A stretch of DNA of 64,000 bases, from NCBI GenBank assembly GCA_963678315.1, contig OY782781.1:2368001-2432000 (forward strand). Direction: 5' to 3'. Under the pieces are notes generated by a model. The model made no database searches. It saw nothing but the letters and a program-made list of their open reading frames with translations, and was not told where the DNA came from. Both the position numbers and the translations under genes were made by a program. Positions 1 to 9,420 of the stretch are shown here, in pieces; within the stretch, counting starts at the first letter, position 1, and every line of letters begins with the position of its first letter. The DNA is from Candidatus Cloacimonadales bacterium. Lineage in GTDB: Bacteria; Cloacimonadota; Cloacimonadia; Cloacimonadales; JAFGVF01.

Positions 1-1
1 T

Positions 2-601
2 GTTGATATAATAAATAACCTCAAATATAAAGATTTAGTAACATGCGAAACATGTCCTCAATATATTTATCTTGATAATTCAGTATATACTAGTATTGAC
101 AAACATCAGTATTTATGTTACCCTCCATTAAGAGATAAAGCTAATAATATGTTCTTAGCTGACGATCTTAGATTTGGTAAGATATCGATTGTAGCTTCAG
201 ATCATTGTCCATTCACTATTGAAGATAAAAATATTAACAAGAATTCAGTTTATAAAAGTCCGGGAGGACTTTTAGGATTAGATTATCTACCATACTTAGT
301 ATCAAACATGGTCGATAGACATGAAGATAAAGTAAGATTCTTGAACTATAAGTTATGTGAGAATCCAGCAAGACTAGCTGGTTTATTCCCAGAAAAGGGA
401 GTTATTGCAGAAGGTTCTCTCGCTGACCTAGTTGTTATTAACTTTGATGATGAACATGAACTAAGTAGCCGTGATGGAATCTTTAATCCATATAAAGGAA
501 TAACTTCAAATTTAAATATTAAGAAAGTACTTAAAAGTGGAAAACTAGTTGTTGAGAATAACAAACTAGTATCCAACAAGCTAAATGGAGCAATATTGTA
601 A
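2..601 (+). CDS. Dihydropyrimidinase/hydantoinase-family cyclic amidohydrolase, 5'-truncated by the window edge (HyuA-like by context)
   Basis: Frame is open from base 2 (VDIINN...TCETCPQY...CYPPLR), then ASDHCPF, NPARLAGL and KGVIAEGSLADLVV motifs of cyclic amidohydrolases; stop overlaps the next ATG. Confidence 0.8.
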   Translation, partial: VDIINNLKYKDLVTCETCPQYIYLDNSVYTSIDKHQYLCYPPLRDKANNMFLADDLRFGKISIVASDHCPFTIEDKNINKNSVYKSPGGLLGLDYLPYLVSNMVDRHEDKVRFLNYKLCENPARLAGLFPEKGVIAEGSLADLVVINFDDEHELSSRDGIFNPYKGITSNLNIKKVLKSGKLVVENNKLVSNKLNGAIL

Positions 602-2847
602 TGAGTTGGCGTAATGATGGAATAGCCAAAGTAACAGGAAAGGCAAAATATTCTGATGATATAAAACTTCTAAATATGCTACATTGCGTACCAGTATATA
701 GCAAAGCTGTTCATGCAAAAATAAAAAAATTAGATTGTACGAATGCTATAATGTGCGATGGTGTAATAAAGGTCATAACTCACAAAGATATAATTGGTAA
801 CAAGCTTTTTGGGCAAATCAGGAAAGATTATCCAATTCTAGCTTTTGATAAGATTAGATTTGAGGGAGATGTAGTAGCTCTTATCGTTGCAGAAACAAGA
901 GAACAAGCTATTTTTGCTTCAAATTTCATAGAATTAGAGTTAGAGGAATATCCTAAAGTACTTTCAATAACTGATGCTAAAGAAGATAAGGTGCTTGTTC
1001 ATGAAGAATATGATACTAATCTTGTGTGTAAACATAAAATTAGAAAAGGTGATATTGATTGGGCACTTCAACAATGCGACCAGGTATTTGATTATAATTT
1101 CTCAACTAATCATTTTGAACATGCCTACCTTGAACCTGAGTCTGCTGTTTGTTCTTTACGTGATGATGGTGTTATGGAAATATATGGTTCTATGCAACAC
1201 CCATTTTCTACTAGAAGATTTGTAGCTTCAACTCTGGGATGTTCTCTTGCTGATGTTGAAGTAATTACAATACCTATGGGGGGAGGATTTGGAGGAAAGG
1301 ATGATACTGCTGCTATAGTTTGTGCTAGATGTGCATTGGCTTCTTACATAACTAAGAGACCTGTTAAACTAACTTATGATCGAGAATGGTCAATGAAAGA
1401 AAGCTATAAGCGACACCCTTATGAAATGACCTATAAGGTAGGAGTTAAGGATAATAGACTTTTTGCAGTTAAGTGCAATATTGATGCCGATGCTGGTGCA
1501 TATAATTCTGTTTCGAACTGGGTTACATGGAGATCTACTGTTCAGTGTTGTGGCACTTACGAAGTTCCTCATATCTATTGTGATGTGCAAGCTTATTATA
1601 CAAACAATGTTTTTACCGGGGCATTTAGAGGTTTTGGTTCTCCGCAAGTTAATTTTGCTATTGAGCAAATTGTTGATGATATTGCACAGAAATCTAACAT
1701 AAGTTCAATTGACTTTAGAAAGAGTAATTTCTTGAAACAAGGTTCCTATACTCCTTCTATGCAAAAGCTTGATAACCATAAGGTATCTATTACAGAAGTA
1801 TTTGATAAAGCTATTACAGAAAGTGAATATAAGAAGAAAATAAGTGACTGCAGTTATGGTAAAGCAAAAGATGGAAAATTATATGGAATTGGTTTAGCAT
1901 CTAGCTATAGAGGCTGTAGTTTAGGTGCAGAAGGAAAGGACTTCTGTTCTGCAATAATCAATGTACAATTCGACGGTTCTATACTCCTTGAAGTTGGAAT
2001 ACATGAAAATGGTCAAGGTTCTGAACAAGCTATGATTAATATTCTAGCTGATAATTTGGGAGTAAGCAAAGATAGAATAAGATATAGACGTTCCTCAACT
2101 TCACAAATTCCTGATGGAGGAACAACTGTAGCTTCTCGTGGAACACTTATGGGTGGTGGAGCTCTGATGAATGCTATTGATAAGTTAAAGCGAGTATTTG
2201 AAACAACACTTATTGATGAATATAAGCTGCAAACTGATACTGTATTTGAATACTCTAATGATAGCATAAAAGCTACTAATTCTTCTTTGTTACTAAGCTG
2301 GGAAGAATTAATACAGGTTCTATATAATAAATGTACTTACCCTTATGCATTTGGTTCTTTTAAAGCACCTGATGTCTCTTGGGATGAGGAAACAGGTCGA
2401 GGTAAAGCTTATTTTACTTATGTATACAGTAGCCAAGTTGCAGAACTTGAAATTGATATTAAGAGCAAGAAAATAGATGTTAAGAATATTTATGCTGTTC
2501 ATGATATTGGTAAAGCGATTAATAACGGTCTCTTATCTGGGCAAATCTATGGTGGTATAATGCAGGGATTGGGTATGGCCTTAAAAGAAAACATGGTTAT
2601 TGAAGATGGCTTCCTTAAAACCGATAATTACCACAATTATAGAATATATAGGTCGCATGAAACACCTAATATATACGATTTTGTGATAGAAAACGAAGAT
2701 TCCAATAGTCCGTCAGGAGCAAAAGGTATTGGAGAACCAGCTCTGGAAATTATAGCCCCAGCTGTGGCTAATGCTCTTTTTAGAGCTACTGGGAAAAGAT
2801 TCTATAATCTACCAATGATGCAGGAGGAAGTATGCAAACATTTATAA
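601..2847 (+). CDS. Xanthine dehydrogenase/aldehyde oxidase-family molybdopterin-binding subunit (XdhA/XdhD-like, E. coli/clostridial type)
   Basis: KVTGKAKYSDD, GGGFGGK, AFRGFGSPQ, ENGQG, TVASRGT, KGIGEP motifs. Confidence 0.92.
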   Translation: MSWRNDGIAKVTGKAKYSDDIKLLNMLHCVPVYSKAVHAKIKKLDCTNAIMCDGVIKVITHKDIIGNKLFGQIRKDYPILAFDKIRFEGDVVALIVAETREQAIFASNFIELELEEYPKVLSITDAKEDKVLVHEEYDTNLVCKHKIRKGDIDWALQQCDQVFDYNFSTNHFEHAYLEPESAVCSLRDDGVMEIYGSMQHPFSTRRFVASTLGCSLADVEVITIPMGGGFGGKDDTAAIVCARCALASYITKRPVKLTYDREWSMKESYKRHPYEMTYKVGVKDNRLFAVKCNIDADAGAYNSVSNWVTWRSTVQCCGTYEVPHIYCDVQAYYTNNVFTGAFRGFGSPQVNFAIEQIVDDIAQKSNISSIDFRKSNFLKQGSYTPSMQKLDNHKVSITEVFDKAITESEYKKKISDCSYGKAKDGKLYGIGLASSYRGCSLGAEGKDFCSAIINVQFDGSILLEVGIHENGQGSEQAMINILADNLGVSKDRIRYRRSSTSQIPDGGTTVASRGTLMGGGALMNAIDKLKRVFETTLIDEYKLQTDTVFEYSNDSIKATNSSLLLSWEELIQVLYNKCTYPYAFGSFKAPDVSWDEETGRGKAYFTYVYSSQVAELEIDIKSKKIDVKNIYAVHDIGKAINNGLLSGQIYGGIMQGLGMALKENMVIEDGFLKTDNYHNYRIYRSHETPNIYDFVIENEDSNSPSGAKGIGEPALEIIAPAVANALFRATGKRFYNLPMMQEEVCKHL

Positions 2848-3290
2848 ACAAAAAAGCAATAGATATTCCTCAAACACTACATTCAATGCAATTACTTAAG
2901 TTTCTTAGAGAAGAAATGAACCTAACAGGTGTTAAGAATGGTTGCAATAAAGGTGTTTGTGGAGCATGTACAGTACTTATCAATAATATAGCTAAAAGAT
3001 CCTGTATACTAAAAGTAGAAGATATTATTGGTAAAGATGTGATTACTATAGAAGGCCTATCTGAAGGTAATGAACTTCACCCATTACAAAAGTCTTTCTT
3101 AGATAATGATGCTGTTCAATGTGGCTTCTGTACACCAGGTATGATACTTACAGCTCATGCTTTACTTCTTTCAAACAATAATCCTAGTGAAAAAGAGGTA
3201 AAGGAAGCTCTAAAAAATAATCTATGTAGATGTACAGGATATGTACAAATTATTAAGTCTGTTCTAGATGCTAGAAAATTTTACAAGTAA
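2832..3290 (+). CDS. (2Fe-2S)-binding small subunit of a molybdenum hydroxylase (CoxS-like)
   Basis: GCNKGVCGACTV, QCGFCTPG, NLCRCTGY. Confidence 0.95.
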   Translation: MQTFINKKAIDIPQTLHSMQLLKFLREEMNLTGVKNGCNKGVCGACTVLINNIAKRSCILKVEDIIGKDVITIEGLSEGNELHPLQKSFLDNDAVQCGFCTPGMILTAHALLLSNNNPSEKEVKEALKNNLCRCTGYVQIIKSVLDARKFYK

Positions 3291-3300
3291 GGAGTTAAAT

Positions 3301-4485
3301 ATGATTAATGTTGAAAATTTACTACAAACAATTAAAGAACTTAATTTTAATGACTATGGAAGTGATTTTCTTTTAACTAAAGATAAATCCATAGACAGTT
3401 TAAAAGCAACTATCTACACAACAGAGCTCCTGAAGTTTCTTCATAAAGATAAAAGAATGCTTAAAGTATTCGAATCAGGTCTAGGAATCTCTATCTTTAG
3501 AGATAATTCAACAAGAACTAGATTTAGCTTTTCATCAGCAATGAATGCACTTGGCTTAGCAGTTCAGGATTTAGATGAGGTCAAATCTCAAATAGCACAT
3601 GGAGAAACAGTCCGAGAAACTGCGAATATGATTTCTTTCTTAGCAGAAGTAATAGGCATTAGAGATGATATGTATCTTGGGGAAGGACATACCTACATGA
3701 AAGAAGTTTCTGAAGCTTTGGACTTAGGCTTCTCAGAGAATGTCCTTCATCAAAGACCTTCATTGATTAATTTGCAATGTGATATAGATCATCCGACACA
3801 AACTATGGCTGATATTTGCAAGCTTGAAGACTATTTCGGTGGGCTAGACAACTTAAGAGGTAAGAAGATTGCTATGACATGGGCATATTCACCAAGCTAT
3901 GGTAAGCCAATGTCTGTTCCTCAGGGTATCATTACTTTACTAAGCAGATTTGGGGTTGATATTACTTTAGCATATCCTCAAGGTTATGATCTACTTACAG
4001 AAGAAGTAGATTATGCCAAGAAAGAATCAATAAACAATAACTGTAATTTTACTGTAACTAATTCTATGAAAGAAGCTTTTGAAGATGCTGATATTGTTTA
4101 TCCTAAATCATGGGCGCCTATGCATGTTATGCAAGAAAGAACACAGCTCTTGTTAGAAAAGGATACTAATGGGCTAAAAGATCTAGAGGTTAAGTGTCTA
4201 GAAAACAATAAGAAACATATTGATTGGGAATGTAATAGGGAGTTAATGAACTTAACTAAAAATAAGAATGCTCTTTATATGCATTGTCTTCCAGCAGATA
4301 TCACAGATGTGAGCTGTTCACAAGGAGAGGTCTCTAAAGAGGTATTTGACCAATATAGAAGAGATACTTACCACGAAGCAAGCTTTAAGCCTTTTGTAAT
4401 CATGGCGATGTCTATTCTTACCCGATTCAAAGATCCAAAGATGATTTTGGATAAGTTAGTAAATAATACAAATAAAAGATATTAG
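3301..4485 (+). CDS. ygeW: Knotted carbamoyltransferase YgeW
   Basis: FRDNSTRTRFSF, SQIAHGETVRETANMISF, HPTQ, WAYSPSYGKP, MHCLPADI; AAGGAG before ATG 3301. Confidence 0.93.
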   Translation: MINVENLLQTIKELNFNDYGSDFLLTKDKSIDSLKATIYTTELLKFLHKDKRMLKVFESGLGISIFRDNSTRTRFSFSSAMNALGLAVQDLDEVKSQIAHGETVRETANMISFLAEVIGIRDDMYLGEGHTYMKEVSEALDLGFSENVLHQRPSLINLQCDIDHPTQTMADICKLEDYFGGLDNLRGKKIAMTWAYSPSYGKPMSVPQGIITLLSRFGVDITLAYPQGYDLLTEEVDYAKKESINNNCNFTVTNSMKEAFEDADIVYPKSWAPMHVMQERTQLLLEKDTNGLKDLEVKCLENNKKHIDWECNRELMNLTKNKNALYMHCLPADITDVSCSQGEVSKEVFDQYRRDTYHEASFKPFVIMAMSILTRFKDPKMILDKLVNNTNKRY

Positions 4486-4493
4486 GAGTTTAT

Positions 4494-5972
4494 ATGAGAA
4501 ATTTAACTAAAGAACAAAATAAAGTTTTAGAGAATACAATAAATAGATGTAAAGAAAGAAATATTATTATTCCAACATACGCACAAATGAAAGATCCATC
4601 ATTAATTCCTGACAAAATTGTTGATGCTTTATCAAAGGTTGGTTTATGGGATGTAAATCCATTAAATCTATTCAGAATTACTTGGAAGAATGAACCAGTA
4701 AGTCATGGGGGCGGCTTTGGTGGCGTTAATTACTTAGTTATTCCTCCAGAGTTAAGTGGAGTTAAAGCTAAAATAGTTGTGTTACTAGGTAAATTCTTTC
4801 CAACAGGAGCCCATAAAGTTGGAGCAACCTTTGGACCTTTAGTAGAGAAGCTTGTAACTGGTCGCTTTGACCCTACCACGCAAAAGGCTCTCTGGCCTTC
4901 TACAGGAAATTATTGTAGAGGTGGTGCTTATAATTCTGCATTACTAGGTTGCGAATCTATAGCTGTTCTTCCTGAAGAGATGTCTCAAGAACGCTTTAGC
5001 TGGTTAAAAGAGATTGGAGCTGAGGTCTTTGCCACTCCTGGTTGTGAATCTAACGTGAAGGAAATATATGATAAAGCTAAAGAACTTCTACATGAAAGAG
5101 GTAATTCAATAGTTAATTTAAATCAGTTTGCTGAGATAGGTAATTCTCTTTGGCATTATGCAGTGACTGGCCCAGCTATGGAAGAAGTTTTCTCCGAATT
5201 GAAGGATAATAACAGTTCTTTTTCTGGATTGTTCCTAACTCAAGGTTCTGCTGGAACTTTAGGTTCAGGAGATTATCTAAGAGAAGAGCATCCTCAGATT
5301 AAAATAGCAGCAGGAGAAGCAACACAATGTCCAACCCTTCTTTATAATGGATATGGTGGACATAGAATTGAAGGTATTGGTGATAAGCATGTTCCATGGA
5401 TTCATAATATTAAAAATATGGATATGGCTATTGCTGTTGATGACAACCTCGTAATAGATGTAATGAGATTGTTTAATGAAGAGAATGGTAAAAAATATCT
5501 TGCTTCAAAGAATATTGATAATGAACTTATTGAAAAGCTACATTTACTTGGTATTTCTTCAATTGCAAATATCATTGGTTCTATTAAAATGGCAAAATAC
5601 TATGAAATGGATGAAAATGATTTCGTATTCACTGTAGCAACTGATTCTATGGAAATGTATGGAACAAGAGTTGATGAATATCAACATAAATTCGGTGATT
5701 ATTCTACAGAAAATGCTGCTAGAGATTTTGAAGGTAAACTTCTAAATGTTGGAATAGATTATACAATTGAAATGAATTATTATGATAAACGTAGAATGCA
5801 CAATCTTAAATATTTCACATGGATCGAACAGCAAGGTAAGACAGTTGAAGAGCTTAATGATCAGTGGTATAAGAAAGATTATTGGACAAGTCAATATTCC
5901 CAAGCAAAACTTTGGGATGAATACATAAACGAATTTAACGAAAGGACAGGCTTATTAAATGCCTACAAGTAG
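4494..5972 (+). CDS. Fold-type II PLP-dependent enzyme (cysteine synthase/threonine dehydratase superfamily), function unknown
   Basis: FPTGAHKVG (PLP Lys), PSTGNY, GSAGT, HRIEGIG. Confidence 0.85.
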   Translation: MRNLTKEQNKVLENTINRCKERNIIIPTYAQMKDPSLIPDKIVDALSKVGLWDVNPLNLFRITWKNEPVSHGGGFGGVNYLVIPPELSGVKAKIVVLLGKFFPTGAHKVGATFGPLVEKLVTGRFDPTTQKALWPSTGNYCRGGAYNSALLGCESIAVLPEEMSQERFSWLKEIGAEVFATPGCESNVKEIYDKAKELLHERGNSIVNLNQFAEIGNSLWHYAVTGPAMEEVFSELKDNNSSFSGLFLTQGSAGTLGSGDYLREEHPQIKIAAGEATQCPTLLYNGYGGHRIEGIGDKHVPWIHNIKNMDMAIAVDDNLVIDVMRLFNEENGKKYLASKNIDNELIEKLHLLGISSIANIIGSIKMAKYYEMDENDFVFTVATDSMEMYGTRVDEYQHKFGDYSTENAARDFEGKLLNVGIDYTIEMNYYDKRRMHNLKYFTWIEQQGKTVEELNDQWYKKDYWTSQYSQAKLWDEYINEFNERTGLLNAYK

Positions 5973-6513
5973 TTTAGGCCTTGTAATTTTGGCTGCCGGA
6001 TCAGGGAAAAGATTCGGTATGCCAAAAGCCTTGGCTATATATAACAATCAAACATTTTTAGATATTATTCTTGCAAAAGTAAGGAAGTTAAAAATTAACT
6101 ATGTCTCTGTAATTAATCAGGAAGTTAAAGACACTGTTAGCACGCAGAATCTTAATTATGTTTTAAATCAGCCGGAACAAGATATGTGTTCTTCTGTAAG
6201 ACTAGGACTCAAGTCATTGAATGAATGTTCTGGATGGATTGTATGGCCTGTGGACCATCCTTTTGTTGATATCTCTACTCTAGAAAGTATGATTGATAGC
6301 TTCGACTTTGAGTCTGTTCTAATTCCAAGCTATCACAAAAAAGCTGGTCATCCTATTTTACTTCCTACTACAATCAACAAATATATAGAAGTATGCAAGT
6401 CTCTGAAGGAAACATTAGCCTTTATGAAAGTCAGATACCTTGATGTGGGAGATAGACATATACTTACGAATATTAATTATAAAGAGGATATTCCTAATGA
6501 CAAACTACTATAG
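5959..6513 (+). CDS. MocA/YgfJ-like molybdenum cofactor cytidylyltransferase
   Basis: VILAAGSGKRFG-PKAL, PVDHP, GHP motifs; Mo-hydroxylase context. Confidence 0.8.
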   Translation: MPTSSLGLVILAAGSGKRFGMPKALAIYNNQTFLDIILAKVRKLKINYVSVINQEVKDTVSTQNLNYVLNQPEQDMCSSVRLGLKSLNECSGWIVWPVDHPFVDISTLESMIDSFDFESVLIPSYHKKAGHPILLPTTINKYIEVCKSLKETLAFMKVRYLDVGDRHILTNINYKEDIPNDKLL

Positions 6514-7267
6514 ACATCTACAAGAAGTTCTTGAAAATAAATTAGTAGCATGGTCGGTAACTCTTACGTCTGTTGAAGGCTCTTCTCCAGCGAGTATTGG
6601 CAGTAAAATGCTCATAATAGATGGCAATGATGAAGTCTATGGCACTATTGGTGGGGGTAGCTTAGAATATGACATTATTAAGTTTATAAAGAGTAATAGA
6701 CCTAAAACATTCTTAAAGAAGAAATATAGTTTAGACAATGATCAAGAACTTGGTATGATTTGTGGTGGGGCAATAGAAGTAATTATTGAAGCCATAAATG
6801 TTAAAGAGGGAATCAATATTTATGGTGCAGGGCATTGTTCTATTGCTTTAGCTGATATTTTATCTAAGTTAAACTTTGCTATCACAGTTTATGATGATAG
6901 AAAGGAGTATCTAGATACTGAAAAGTTCAACACTGAAACAAACCTAGTACATTGCAATTTTGATAGTTTACCTAAATCAGTTGCCGACTCTCTTTATCAT
7001 GTTGTTATGACCTATGGTCATAAGCATGACTATATCGTTACTGAGCAATTGGCAACTTTAAAATACAAATATCTAGGAGTTATGGGAAGTAAGTTAAAAG
7101 CTGTAGAACTCTTTGATGATTTGAAAAGAAAGTTTGATGTTGAAGATATAAGTAATATAAATTGCCCTATAGGAATAAAGATAGGTTCACATTCTCCCTA
7201 TGAAATAGCAGTTAGTATTGCAGCAGAAATTATTCAGATTTATAATAAGAAAAACAGCATTCAGTAG
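6497..7267 (+). CDS. xdhC: XdhC/CoxI-family xanthine dehydrogenase accessory protein
   Basis: GSSP, GTIGGG-LE, GMICGG, GAGH, GVMGS, PIG...PYEIAVSIAAEI; GAGG before ATG 6497. Confidence 0.9.
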   Translation: MTNYYRHLQEVLENKLVAWSVTLTSVEGSSPASIGSKMLIIDGNDEVYGTIGGGSLEYDIIKFIKSNRPKTFLKKKYSLDNDQELGMICGGAIEVIIEAINVKEGINIYGAGHCSIALADILSKLNFAITVYDDRKEYLDTEKFNTETNLVHCNFDSLPKSVADSLYHVVMTYGHKHDYIVTEQLATLKYKYLGVMGSKLKAVELFDDLKRKFDVEDISNINCPIGIKIGSHSPYEIAVSIAAEIIQIYNKKNSIQ

Positions 7268-7299
7268 CTTATTTGCTTAGCGTTCACAGTCAATTGTTA

Positions 7300-7358
7300 C
7301 TCCTTCCTTACTGGTCTCCTTGAAAAAAGGCCGATTTTTCAAGGAGGCAAGTAAGGTT
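7300..7358 (-). repeat. Dispersed palindromic repeat, family B (CCTTACTTGCC-CCTTGAAAAA...TTTTTCAAGGAGACC), copy 1
   Basis: Reverse complement matches the copies at about 19916 and 35764. Confidence 0.85.
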
Positions 7359-7433
7359 GCAGTGTTTTTATCAAAAATGTCTAAGGGTTTCACAAGATTG
7401 TACTGTTCGATTTGAAGCTTGTATTAGTTAAAA

Positions 7434-7477
7434 AATTAATGACCTGATACAACTCACGCCATATCAGGTCATAATTT
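7434..7477. terminator. Probable bidirectional terminator hairpin between convergent xdhC and trxB
   Basis: TGACCTGATA...TATCAGGTCA inverted repeat in A/T-rich flanks. Confidence 0.55.
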
Positions 7478-7504
7478 AACTAATTTTATAAATATATTTA
7501 GTTT

Positions 7505-8434
7505 CTATATTTCGTGTTCACTAATAAATTTCTCTGCATAGAAAGCTGCAATAGCACCGTCACTACTTGCAGTAATAACTTGTCTTAATGGAGTAACTCG
7601 TAAATCACCAATGGCAAAAACACCAGGAATGTTAGTTTCCATGATTTCGTTGGTAGGAACAAAACCTGAACCATCAAGAGTAATCTCTTCCCTTAACAAT
7701 TCATTATTAGGAATAATTCCAACATAAACGAAAACACCATCAACCGCTAAGTCTTTTGTTTCATTGCTTTTAACATTTTTTATATTAATATGGCTCACTA
7801 AGTTATCACCTTTAACTTCTTCTACAACACTATCCCAAATGAACTCCATCTTTTCATTTTTAAAAGCTCTGTCTTGAATTGATTTAACAGCTCTTAACTC
7901 ATCTCTTCGGTGAATAATATAAACTTTTTTAGCAAATCTAGTTAAGAACATCCCTTCTTCTACAGCTGAGTCTCCCCCACCTATAACAGCAACGACTTTA
8001 TCTCTGTATAAAGCACCATCACAAGTAGCACAATATGAAACCCCTTTACCTATGTAGTCTTCTTCTCCTGGACAACCAAGCTTACGAGGATGTGCACCAG
8101 TAGCAACGATTATAGTCTTTGCTTTGTATTCATCATCTTCAGTATAGATAGTTTTGAGACCATCTTTAGACTTAAAATCTACTTTAACAACTTCTTCTTC
8201 AATGAATTCAGGACCAAATTTATCTGCTTGTTGCTTGAACTTATCAGTGAGTTCAAAGCCACTCATTACTTCAGGGAAACCAGGATAGTTCTCAACCTCG
8301 AAAGTAATATTAATTTGACCACCTACAAGTGCTTTTTCAAATACAGCAGTTTTAAGGTTTCCTCTAGCTGCATATATTGCTGCACTAAGTCCTCCGACTC
8401 CACCCCCAATTATTATAACATCAAAAACCTTCAT
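7505..8434 (-). CDS. trxB: Thioredoxin-disulfide reductase
   Basis: IIGGGVGG, GVSYCATCDG, GGGDSAVEE, HRRDELRA; AAGGAG before ATG 8434. Confidence 0.96.
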   Translation of the reverse strand: MKVFDVIIIGGGVGGLSAAIYAARGNLKTAVFEKALVGGQINITFEVENYPGFPEVMSGFELTDKFKQQADKFGPEFIEEEVVKVDFKSKDGLKTIYTEDDEYKAKTIIVATGAHPRKLGCPGEEDYIGKGVSYCATCDGALYRDKVVAVIGGGDSAVEEGMFLTRFAKKVYIIHRRDELRAVKSIQDRAFKNEKMEFIWDSVVEEVKGDNLVSHINIKNVKSNETKDLAVDGVFVYVGIIPNNELLREEITLDGSGFVPTNEIMETNIPGVFAIGDLRVTPLRQVITASSDGAIAAFYAEKFISEHEI

Positions 8435-8508
8435 GTTAACTCCTTCGATAACTTTTGTTACTATTATAAACAATTTGCAATATTTAGCAAGAACTTTTAT
8501 CGATTGAT

Positions 8509-8538
8509 AAAAAAAAGGCCTGCATTTAATGCAAGCCT
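8509..8538 (-). terminator. Rho-independent terminator after the DUF3078-like gene
   Basis: AGGCTTGCATTAAATGCAGGCCT followed by a T-run on the minus strand. Confidence 0.6.
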
Positions 8539-8557
8539 AATTGTTTATTTATTTATT

Positions 8558-9418
8558 TTAGAACAACTTATAAGATATTCCTAAACCAGATGTTTGTTTG
8601 AATCTACCAGTTTTATCAATTTCCTTGTCATATTTCCATTCAGTATAAACGTTGAAATTAATATTCTTATAGATTTGCATGCTTAACTCGTTAGTCCATT
8701 TCATATCAACTTGTTTCCAATCATCATCATTATCTGGATCGAGATCATCATTTATATCATCTTCAAGTGAGTTAAAGACTGCTTTATATGCTTCAAATGA
8801 GGAAGAGAATTTTGTTGTTTTGTTAGGGAAAACATATCCAAAGTCAGTAACTAATTCAACACCACCATCATTTCTTGTAGTTTTTTGGTACATGTGTTGT
8901 TGTTTCATTGCAAGACCTAATCTTGAATTCCATTCCATACATTTAGTTTTAACGATTTCACGTGAAATACCAAAAGATTCAGTAACAGTTGCAGGATTAA
9001 AGGCTCTTAATCTTTTACCTTCGAAAACAGTTTGTAAGCGAAGTGCTACAAATGGGTCAACCCAACCGTGTAAAGTAAACAAGCCTAGGGCATTTAAATC
9101 AATTTCATCATCAGATTTAGTAGGTTCTTGCCATCCTGCTTCTTGCATGCCACTTTCATCTTCTTCAGTTTCATATAATTGTCCAAATTTCATCAATAAT
9201 GAATTATCTGATTTAAACCAATCAGTTAATTGTTTCTTAGCTCTCATTTCACCGGAAACTACCCAATTAATTGAACTCTTTTCTGCACCATCCCAGTTAT
9301 CAGTATAGAAACTTTGGTTTAGGTTTCCTTTAAGATCAAAAGAATATTCCCAAGTTTCTTGCCCAAAAGCAAGACCGATAACAACTAGTAATAAACTAAT
9401 CAAAATGACTTTCTTCAT
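8558..9418 (-). CDS. Secreted/outer-membrane beta-barrel-like protein (DUF3078-like)
   Basis: N-terminal signal peptide, NQSFYTDNW-G-E motif, amphipathic strands, C-terminal GISYKLF ending in Phe. Confidence 0.65.
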   Translation of the reverse strand: MKKVILISLLLVVIGLAFGQETWEYSFDLKGNLNQSFYTDNWDGAEKSSINWVVSGEMRAKKQLTDWFKSDNSLLMKFGQLYETEEDESGMQEAGWQEPTKSDDEIDLNALGLFTLHGWVDPFVALRLQTVFEGKRLRAFNPATVTESFGISREIVKTKCMEWNSRLGLAMKQQHMYQKTTRNDGGVELVTDFGYVFPNKTTKFSSSFEAYKAVFNSLEDDINDDLDPDNDDDWKQVDMKWTNELSMQIYKNINFNVYTEWKYDKEIDKTGRFKQTSGLGISYKLF

Positions 9419-9420
9419 AA

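Noticed and set aside
8679..9308. 209-aa antisense ORF and the many other short ORFs nested in or opposite long genes
   Set aside because: Shadow ORFs of well-supported genes, with Ser/Leu/Phe-rich composition and no motifs
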